A stretch of 64,000 nucleotides of DNA, taken from positions 96,001 to 160,000 of the IMG/VR virus record IMGVR_UViG_3300035670_000014, one strand, 5' to 3'. Positions 56,751 to 64,000 of this stretch are shown in pieces. This stretch comes from a virus. The position numbers and the translations under genes were made by a program. Position 1 is the stretch's first letter. Each line of letters begins with the position of its first letter. The notes beneath the pieces were generated by a model. It did not search any database, was not told the DNA's origin, and worked only from the letters and a program-made list of their open reading frames with translations.

Positions 56751-58007
56751 ATGAGTTTATCTAGAATAATATCAGAAATGGGCCAAAACTTAGCGGAGAA
56801 TAGTCCGCAGGGAGCGGGCCTGGTTACCTATGGTGTAAATAGAGCTACTAGGGGAGAAAGTGGATTTGGTGCCTACTCCACTCCACTAAAGTTACTTGGT
56901 GCAGCTGGCGTCCTATCACTAGGCGCAGGAGCGTACAAAGGAGCAACAAACAGAGACGATAAAGACAACGCACTAATAGGTGGAATAAAAGGAATGCTGG
57001 GTGCTACCTCAAATTTCAGTCAAAATGTACTAATGCCAACTTCAATTGGAGTCGGAGCTTTAGCAGCTACTGGATTCACAAGAAAGTTTGAAACCGGATA
57101 TATGTTGACAAAAAGGATTTCAAACAGCAGAGATCTTGCTACGAAATACAAAAAAACTGGAAAAGAAAAAGATTACAGAGCTGCTGTTTCTGCATTATTT
57201 CCAGGAGGCAAGCCTCCTAAGAATTCAGCAAATTATTTTGGGTCTATTGATGAAAGAAATGCCGTAGATAGAGTTACTAATTTGATTGAGAATCAAAAGG
57301 GAACTGTTAACTCTAGAAATTTCTCTACTGATATTATTTCAGAAATAATAGAAAGAGATACCAAGGGTCAAGGAAGTGCATTAAATAATGTATTCCAGGG
57401 AGCCAGTTCACTTGGCTATGCAGCAGGTGGCCTTATGGCTGAAGTAGACATTGCAATCGGCAAGGGAACAAAAGCTCTATTAGGCGGTAAGTATTACGGA
57501 AAAACTAAAAGTGAAATTAAACAAATGAAGGAAGCAGAGAAAGTAGCATATGCTCAAGCTCAACAAAGAAGAAGAGATCCTGAAGCTACAAATTTTTGGG
57601 CTGATGAATTTTCTACACTTGCAAAAGGTGGAGCAATTGCCTCCATGGTTGGAATGGGTATTTTTGCTGGGGCTGCAGCTGCAGACACTGGATATTTTGG
57701 TGGATCTCCCATCAATGCAGTAGGTAAAGGTCTTTCACTTAGACAAAATGATGCAGATTATATCTATTCAATGGAACAACAAAAAATGGGACAATATGAA
57801 ATGGTTGCTGCATATAACCCATCACAAGTCGGCATGAGAGATACAGATGATGCATATTCTTATGCAAGGTCTGTAAATCCATCTAGTGTAAATCCGATGA
57901 ATGCAGCTCTTGCAGAAACAGCAGGAAGACAAAGAAGTATATCTCCTGGTCAATTTGGAGATACTGGCAGCCTTGTCTTTGCAATGAATACATTAAGAAG
58001 AGGTTAA
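56751..58007 (+). CDS. Gly/Ala-rich putative virion or ejection protein
   Basis: Gly-zipper-like hydrophobic segments; late block. Confidence 0.5.
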   Translation: MSLSRIISEMGQNLAENSPQGAGLVTYGVNRATRGESGFGAYSTPLKLLGAAGVLSLGAGAYKGATNRDDKDNALIGGIKGMLGATSNFSQNVLMPTSIGVGALAATGFTRKFETGYMLTKRISNSRDLATKYKKTGKEKDYRAAVSALFPGGKPPKNSANYFGSIDERNAVDRVTNLIENQKGTVNSRNFSTDIISEIIERDTKGQGSALNNVFQGASSLGYAAGGLMAEVDIAIGKGTKALLGGKYYGKTKSEIKQMKEAEKVAYAQAQQRRRDPEATNFWADEFSTLAKGGAIASMVGMGIFAGAAAADTGYFGGSPINAVGKGLSLRQNDADYIYSMEQQKMGQYEMVAAYNPSQVGMRDTDDAYSYARSVNPSSVNPMNAALAETAGRQRSISPGQFGDTGSLVFAMNTLRRG

Positions 58008-58008
58008 A

Positions 58009-58848
58009 ATGGCAAGTTTTTTAGGTGCCTTATGGGAGCGTGAATTAGCAAACTCAGCCATGGACAAAGGCCTGGCAAGACAAATAAGCTCTATTGCTCC
58101 TGACTTTGGTTTTCAGAGATATACCGTAGAAGGAGTAAGTAAGCCAGTCGATACCTTTTTAGGTAAGGCTATAGGGTCCTCATCGGCAAGAGGTAGTTTC
58201 ATAGCAGGAGAGGGGGGCGCCATGTTTGGCAGCTCTACCAGTTACCGTGCTTATAACACAGCAGCAGAAGCATCACTATATGATGATTCAATTACTTCAA
58301 GAATTGCGAGAAAAGCCTTAGGTGGAACTGAAATAACTGGTAAAAAAGCGGCAATTAGAGGTGCAATATTTAGATTTGCAAACTCAAGAAATCCTGCAAT
58401 GCTATTCACTGGTGGCTTTGCTGCTTATTCTGGACTTTCCGCCCTAGGTAGAGGTGAAGGAGTTGGAGCGGCTGCTTTTGCTTTTGGGAAGGAATTTGCA
58501 GTTGCTTCAATCTATGCCAAAGGTTTAGGTTTATTAGCAACGCCAGCTGGAATGGCAACAGCAGCAGTAGCCGGTGCCGCAGGGCTTGGTGCGTATGGAG
58601 TATATTCAACAAGAGAATATGGAAACATGTACCTGAGGTCATATCCCAGGAGTTCTTTTAATACTCCAAGTCTTAGTGACTCCGTTATGGCTTCGACAAT
58701 GAGACAAAGAGCTGTCATGTCAATGCAGCAATCAAAAATGAATGCCTTTAGAAATCTATCTAACGAAGCGACTTTCGCACATCAACCTAGATCAAGATAC
58801 GGTAATAGCTACCAAGGCTTGACTCCTACTCCAGTTATGGGCTACTAA
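58009..58848 (+). CDS. Gly/Ala-rich putative virion protein
   Basis: Gly-zipper segments; TMRQRA...Q.S.MNA...L.NEA...H tail. Confidence 0.5.
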   Translation: MASFLGALWERELANSAMDKGLARQISSIAPDFGFQRYTVEGVSKPVDTFLGKAIGSSSARGSFIAGEGGAMFGSSTSYRAYNTAAEASLYDDSITSRIARKALGGTEITGKKAAIRGAIFRFANSRNPAMLFTGGFAAYSGLSALGRGEGVGAAAFAFGKEFAVASIYAKGLGLLATPAGMATAAVAGAAGLGAYGVYSTREYGNMYLRSYPRSSFNTPSLSDSVMASTMRQRAVMSMQQSKMNAFRNLSNEATFAHQPRSRYGNSYQGLTPTPVMGY

Positions 58849-60996
58849 ATGGAATTTGCAAAATCAATAGCTGAACTTTATATTCAGCCTGATGAAGAGC
58901 ATGAAAGTGTAAGCTATATAAATTATTGGACAAAAATAGATAAAAGGCTAAAAGATGAGTATAGGGATAAGTACAAAATAAAGTCCGATAACATAGCAGA
59001 AGAATGTGTTACTTGTCAAATAACTCACATTGATAAGTATAAATCACTATACCCAAATACTCCTAGGGAGTCCATAGTTCAATACAGGGCAAGTGGAGGT
59101 AAGGCAGCATTAAGCCATGCATGGCAAATTAGCTGTCCCTATATTCCGGTTGATTATTTGGCTGGTGTTAATAAAACTGTACTTGCTTCAATGAGTTCAG
59201 AAGAAAGAGAAATTATTAAAGCTACACTTGACCCTGTTGCATTTGGTAGAAGAAACTTTGCCTGGCAAGCTAGAAAACATCAAGAAATTATGATGAGGTG
59301 CCAGGCTAAGAAGAAGGTTTTAAGGTGCGGGAGACGTACTGGTAAATCTGAAGCAATGGCAATGGAGCTTTTATTTCATGCCTTAACAAGAGAAAAAGTT
59401 ACTATAAATCCAGATACAGGAGATGAAGTAACCTCACCAATAAAAGTGCTTATCATTGCCCCTTACCTGGCTCAGGTTAAGGAAATTTTCCTAAAGATAA
59501 AAGGCTTCCTAGAGAAAAACAAAGAACTAAAAGATACAGTCATTAGAGATGTTCAGACTCCTAATTATGAGCTTAAGTTTACTAATGGCTCTACAATAGT
59601 AGGATTTACTACAGGTTCTAAAAACACCGGTGATGCTTCTACTATCCGTGGTCAGGGTGCTGATGTTATCTATATAGATGAAGCTGATTACCTAGGAGCT
59701 GGGGATTTTAAAGCTTTAATTCCAGTCTTTGCTGATAATCCAGACATAGTAGTAAGAGCTTCCAGTACACCTTCTGGAAAAGATTTAAGATTTAAAGAAT
59801 GGTGTAATGACTCTCCTGGGTGGAAAGAGTTTTACTTTCCAACTCCAGTTCTTGAAAAAACCTCAGGAATAAACTGGAAGAGAATGAGAAGAGAGCAACG
59901 CTCTGAGTTTTCATTTGATGAGTGGCAGCAAGAAATGATGGCATTATTTATTGCCGGCTCTAACTCAGTATATCAGTCAAGGTTTGTAAGTGAAGCTATG
60001 GAAGATTATACATATGAAGATATGTCAGAACTTCAAGCTCAAGGCAGACTTATTGGTTGGGACTTTTCTGTTGGCGTTGACTGGAACAAAGATGTCGGTA
60101 CAGAAATATGCGTAATAGGCTATACCAGGTCATCTGGCAGGCACATGTTTAAAGTCTTTGATTATTACAATGTGCCGAAGCAAGACTTCACTCAACATGC
60201 AGGCTTGAGTGAAGTTATAAGGATATGCAGAAAGTGGCAGGCTAAGTATGTATATATTGACCGTGGATATGGAGCCGTGCAGTGGGAAATGATAAGGCTA
60301 TGGTCCTTACAGCAAAGATCCGGTACTTATGAAAGAAGTCTTGAAAGACGAGTTAAATCATTTGAGTTTGGCGGCAATATAGAAATAAGAGACCCAGCAA
60401 CAGGCAAGAAAGTAACCCACCCAGGAAAGGCTTACATGGTTGAGGCTTCCGTGAGGAAGTTTGAAGACGGCGTTATAAAATTCTCTAAAGATGATGAGAA
60501 GTTAAGAAAGCAATTACTTAACTACATCATAAAAGGAAGAGATAGAAGTAATAGGCCTTTATATGGAGTTGAATCTCCCAAAATAGGAGATCACTATTTA
60601 GATGCTTTTAATCTTGCTCTTGTAGCTTTTGTCATAGAAGAAGGAGTGTTAAGTAAAGGTTACTATAATGGGTCTGCTACAGTAGGCATAGCTGGAACTG
60701 AAATGCAACAAGAAGCAGCAGTAAATGCAGTTAAAAAGAATCCATCAGTGGCGTTTTTCCCAACAATAGAAGAGGAAGTAAAAGGGCCAAATGGAATTCG
60801 CCTAATGGCAGAAGCTAGAGCTAGTAATGTAGCTTCTAGAAATAATAACCTTGAAGGTAATAGTAAAAATGAAATGTTCCCTGTATATGATAAAGGTTAC
60901 AAAACAGGAAGTGAAGGAAAATATAGTAGTAAAACTTCTGCTGTAAGTAGAGGGTCTGGTAAAGGCAGTATTTTTGGAAGAAATTCTAGACTATAG
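58849..60996 (+). CDS. terL: Terminase large subunit
   Basis: Walker A GRRTGKS, IRGQGAD, Walker B IYIDEAD, SSTP, nuclease GVDWN...ID.G...DHYLDA. Confidence 0.93.
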   Translation: MEFAKSIAELYIQPDEEHESVSYINYWTKIDKRLKDEYRDKYKIKSDNIAEECVTCQITHIDKYKSLYPNTPRESIVQYRASGGKAALSHAWQISCPYIPVDYLAGVNKTVLASMSSEEREIIKATLDPVAFGRRNFAWQARKHQEIMMRCQAKKKVLRCGRRTGKSEAMAMELLFHALTREKVTINPDTGDEVTSPIKVLIIAPYLAQVKEIFLKIKGFLEKNKELKDTVIRDVQTPNYELKFTNGSTIVGFTTGSKNTGDASTIRGQGADVIYIDEADYLGAGDFKALIPVFADNPDIVVRASSTPSGKDLRFKEWCNDSPGWKEFYFPTPVLEKTSGINWKRMRREQRSEFSFDEWQQEMMALFIAGSNSVYQSRFVSEAMEDYTYEDMSELQAQGRLIGWDFSVGVDWNKDVGTEICVIGYTRSSGRHMFKVFDYYNVPKQDFTQHAGLSEVIRICRKWQAKYVYIDRGYGAVQWEMIRLWSLQQRSGTYERSLERRVKSFEFGGNIEIRDPATGKKVTHPGKAYMVEASVRKFEDGVIKFSKDDEKLRKQLLNYIIKGRDRSNRPLYGVESPKIGDHYLDAFNLALVAFVIEEGVLSKGYYNGSATVGIAGTEMQQEAAVNAVKKNPSVAFFPTIEEEVKGPNGIRLMAEARASNVASRNNNLEGNSKNEMFPVYDKGYKTGSEGKYSSKTSAVSRGSGKGSIFGRNSRL

Positions 60997-61005
60997 AGTT
61001 GTAAA

Positions 61006-62370
61006 ATGGCAAAGAAAAATTCTCCATCCTTTAAGTACTCAGATGATGAGTTATCAAATCTTATAAATGAAGCAGATGCTGCAAAAGCTAGGCAGCCTGT
61101 TTCTGTTGCTACAAATTATGATAGTGGCAGTCCTCTTTCATCTAGAGTATTTAATGATTCTGATGGAATGCTGCCTAAATTTGATACTGAAATTAAAGCT
61201 CCTAATAGTCGTAAAATTAATAAAAAAGAAACAAGAAAACTAAAAGAAATTTCTAATACTTATGATGCCTCTTCAGATATCGTAAAGGGTGGACCAACAG
61301 AGTCTCAATATGGAGAATTAAGAGCTTCACAAAAAAGCAGTTCAGTGACTGGTAATAGTCAAAAGTTTTATACTGCTGATGAGTTTACAAATCCACGCCG
61401 AACTGGTCCTGACTTTAGTTTTGTAGATAATGCAAATGAAGCTGCAAATGCAAATAGTGCAACTTCAGATTATAACATTCTTGATAAAGACTCAAGTGGT
61501 GTAGATAATCGTAAGCCAGTGTCAAATGCAGCTAAAAGAGAAGCAGCAAAAACTAGTGTTCCATTTTCTAATTCTTATGATAGTGCAGCTGACTTCACTG
61601 CATCTGGAGTTAGTGAGTCTGAGTATGGAAAGGTAAGAATTGGAGAAAAGGGTAGTCTTATAGGTGGAGCAGGAGGCTCAGACGCAGGCAGGGCACCTTA
61701 TTATCAAGCTGGACAGGTGAGTCCAGTAGGTGGACAGAGTAGATCTCCCCTGTCTTTTTCTCCCGCAATGGGAGGAGAAATTAAAAGTTATACTGGTGAG
61801 GGAAGTGTTTTATCTGATGACATAAATTCAATGAACTCAATGCCAGATGAAAAAATGGCTCAAAGAGCTCAAGCACGAGCTGCTAGTGCACAATATAAAG
61901 CTCCCCAGCAAGTACTAAGTGGCACAGGACCTTTATTTGCCCCAGCTGGTGGTAGTAAAGTTGGACTTAGCGGGATGCTTTCAAGTGGTAAAGTTGGAAG
62001 AAATGCAATAGCAGGTGCAGTTGTCGGTGCCGTAGCAGGAGGGTTAAATCCAGCTGGAGACGATGGTCTTTTTAGAGGCGCGGCAGGAGGAGCAGCTGTA
62101 GGTGCAGTAATGGGCGGGCTAGCTGGTGCAGTTAATGCTCAGATGAATCCCAAGGGAAGTGAAACAGTCTCAAAAGGGGGAAGGCTGTTCCCTGGTCCGA
62201 TGAAAGATGGAGCGCCGCCTAAAATTGGTAGAGCTGGAATGTTAATGTCAGTAGGTGGAGTAGTTGGTGGCCTGATGGGAGGCCTCCTAGGTGGATCAGG
62301 AAGAGGGAAAAGGCATAATACTATAGATAGCAACGGCTGGTCTAAGGGAACTCACCCGGCCTATTTCTAA
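61006..62370 (+). CDS. low-complexity protein with C-terminal Gly-zipper
   Basis: GAVVGAVAGG repeats; internal YD.S.D....G..ES.YGE.R duplication. Confidence 0.55.
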   Translation: MAKKNSPSFKYSDDELSNLINEADAAKARQPVSVATNYDSGSPLSSRVFNDSDGMLPKFDTEIKAPNSRKINKKETRKLKEISNTYDASSDIVKGGPTESQYGELRASQKSSSVTGNSQKFYTADEFTNPRRTGPDFSFVDNANEAANANSATSDYNILDKDSSGVDNRKPVSNAAKREAAKTSVPFSNSYDSAADFTASGVSESEYGKVRIGEKGSLIGGAGGSDAGRAPYYQAGQVSPVGGQSRSPLSFSPAMGGEIKSYTGEGSVLSDDINSMNSMPDEKMAQRAQARAASAQYKAPQQVLSGTGPLFAPAGGSKVGLSGMLSSGKVGRNAIAGAVVGAVAGGLNPAGDDGLFRGAAGGAAVGAVMGGLAGAVNAQMNPKGSETVSKGGRLFPGPMKDGAPPKIGRAGMLMSVGGVVGGLMGGLLGGSGRGKRHNTIDSNGWSKGTHPAYF

Positions 62371-62378
62371 GGTTAATA

Positions 62379-62771
62379 ATGTTAAACATATACAAGAGTC
62401 AAGAATCTTCCTCTATGATTGGGGAAGAAAATCTTTTACTGACAGTTCATAATGGAAGAATCGGTAGCTGGAATATAATTAAGTGCTTCTTAAGAAATGA
62501 TAACCCAAGCACAAAATATAATAATATAATACTGTCAGTTATTAACACCTCAAGCTCAGGTGCAACATTCCAGCTTTACCCTGGAGATTTTGAACCTACT
62601 GCACTTGAGTGGAATTTTGTTGGATTTAATAACTCTATTACAATGCAAGACATAGAAGGAACTGAAGTTTATCTTCCATTCTGGCTGAGAGTTTTCTATC
62701 CAGGCGAAACTGCAGCCAATCTATATCAGGAAGCAAGTATTAAAATCCTTGCTACAGAAGAGGCTATTTAA
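62379..62771 (+). CDS. putative structural protein
   Basis: Beta-rich; FLRNDN and YLPFWLRV. Confidence 0.5.
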   Translation: MLNIYKSQESSSMIGEENLLLTVHNGRIGSWNIIKCFLRNDNPSTKYNNIILSVINTSSSGATFQLYPGDFEPTALEWNFVGFNNSITMQDIEGTEVYLPFWLRVFYPGETAANLYQEASIKILATEEAI

Positions 62772-64000
62772 TGACCTTTAAGAAAATTAAGTCTCCGAAA
62801 ATTCCAATCTATACAAATCTTGGAGTTTCGTATGAAGATGAAATAGAATTTAGAAGTAGTTCACCTCCAGTAGAAAAAGAAGAAAAAAGCATAGCTGATT
62901 TGGTAAATGATCTTCTTTCCAAAATAGAAGAAAAAGGTACATATAATAATGTCAGTGACACTGTAAATAAGCCGGACTCTGGAGATACATATAATCCAGA
63001 AGAGATGCTTGCTCTTAGGTTGCAGAATAGAGAAAATGCAAAAAGAATAAGAGCAGAAATAGATGGGTTAAAAGCAAGATATATAGAAAGCGTAACTTTA
63101 AATAGTTATGAAATAAAGTATAAAGTTAATCAAAATTCTAAGATTAATCAGTTTATAAATGAATACTTAGATCGTCCTGCTGATAGTCCCCAGGTTGTAA
63201 AGTCCTCTCAGTATTTAGATTTAAAAGAAACTGAAAGGAGAATGATAAAGCAAGAATCAAGGGGAGTATTTGCGGAAGCAGAAGTTAATGCATCTGATTA
63301 TGTTTCTTTTCCTAATCTTAATAGCCGGGACAGGATAGCAACAAGGTATGGAATAGATGTCGTTAGTGCTAGTGTAAATCTAATTGAGGATAGTGATTTT
63401 TCTAGAATTCCTGATGGAATTCCAGTAGGCTATGGACTGCTTCCTGTTTTTGAATCTGTAATGGATGTAGAAGAACAAATAGCAGGAGTAGAAGAAATTC
63501 TAGCAAGAACAGATGAAGATACTTCCTATATAGAAAATTTATTTGGGAGAGATCTTGATGAGCCTATTGACGCTAGCGCACTAGGAAGACCAGCAAATTA
63601 TTCATTTAAAGAAATAATGAAGAATTGCTTTGATTGCTTTATTGGTGCATGGAATGGTCCTGTAGACTTCAAGTTTCACTTGCAAGTTGAACTTAGTATA
63701 AAGGAACTTCTTGCTCAGTTGGATTTTCTAATTGGAAGGATAAAGTTTGCCTTAGATATAGAAGGAATAATTAAGAGTAATGCTTGTTCATTATTTAACC
63801 TGGGAGTGCTATGTCCCATTGAAATAATGTTTCTAATTGCTTCGCTGTTTGGATTATTAAAATATTGTGCTCTAGAGATAGTATTAAATTTTAGAGGTTT
63901 CTTGATGGGGCTTATAGCTTCTATCCTAGGGCCTCTATTGCAAATGCTACAGCTTGCTGCCAGTTTTGGCATTGGTCCTCTTAATATATATATGGGTTGT
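62771..64000 (+). CDS. hypothetical protein (3' end outside window)
   Basis: ATG overlaps the previous TAA; starts MTFKKIKSPK; frame appears open to the edge. Confidence 0.65.
   Translation, partial: MTFKKIKSPKIPIYTNLGVSYEDEIEFRSSSPPVEKEEKSIADLVNDLLSKIEEKGTYNNVSDTVNKPDSGDTYNPEEMLALRLQNRENAKRIRAEIDGLKARYIESVTLNSYEIKYKVNQNSKINQFINEYLDRPADSPQVVKSSQYLDLKETERRMIKQESRGVFAEAEVNASDYVSFPNLNSRDRIATRYGIDVVSASVNLIEDSDFSRIPDGIPVGYGLLPVFESVMDVEEQIAGVEEILARTDEDTSYIENLFGRDLDEPIDASALGRPANYSFKEIMKNCFDCFIGAWNGPVDFKFHLQVELSIKELLAQLDFLIGRIKFALDIEGIIKSNACSLFNLGVLCPIEIMFLIASLFGLLKYCALEIVLNFRGFLMGLIASILGPLLQMLQLAASFGIGPLNIYMGC

Noticed and set aside
1545-64000. Alternative genetic code
   Set aside because: Long genes are intact under the standard code, and TAA, TAG and TGA all terminate genes.

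Overview
Fragment of a large dsDNA (probably jumbo) bacteriophage genome in three blocks. (1) 1-29.4 kb is mostly AT-rich and on the minus strand. It carries accessory and metabolic genes (uracil-DNA glycosylase, M28 peptidase, SpeD, HAD, spore photoproduct lyase, HD hydrolase, TilS, deaminase, nucleotidyltransferase, a frameshifted beta clamp), five tRNAs and arrays of Gly-rich and paralogous small genes. A 1.1-kb non-coding repeat region with three IHF-consensus sites follows. (2) 30.6-50.7 kb is GC-rich, on the minus strand, and looks like an early region of one-gene cassettes. It holds a sixth tRNA, two SSBs, MYG1, several ORF-less structured transcription units and a ~2,340-aa two-barrel (YonO/QDE-1-like) RNA polymerase fused to ART-like, SLOG, DUF4326 and NADAR domains. 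(3) 51-64 kb is an AT-rich plus-strand block with the terminase large subunit and putative virion proteins. The main candidate novel system is a set of 21 template-strand GAA-triloop hairpins with co-varying stems and fixed downstream bases, placed in front of genes, tRNAs and ncRNAs. They resemble N4 hairpin promoters but occur with a two-barrel polymerase carrying a variant DxDD motif. The second highlight is a spore photoproduct lyase fractured by a split intein inside its radical-SAM motif, with an antisense HNH gene between the halves. All family assignments come from motifs recognised by eye; no searches were run.
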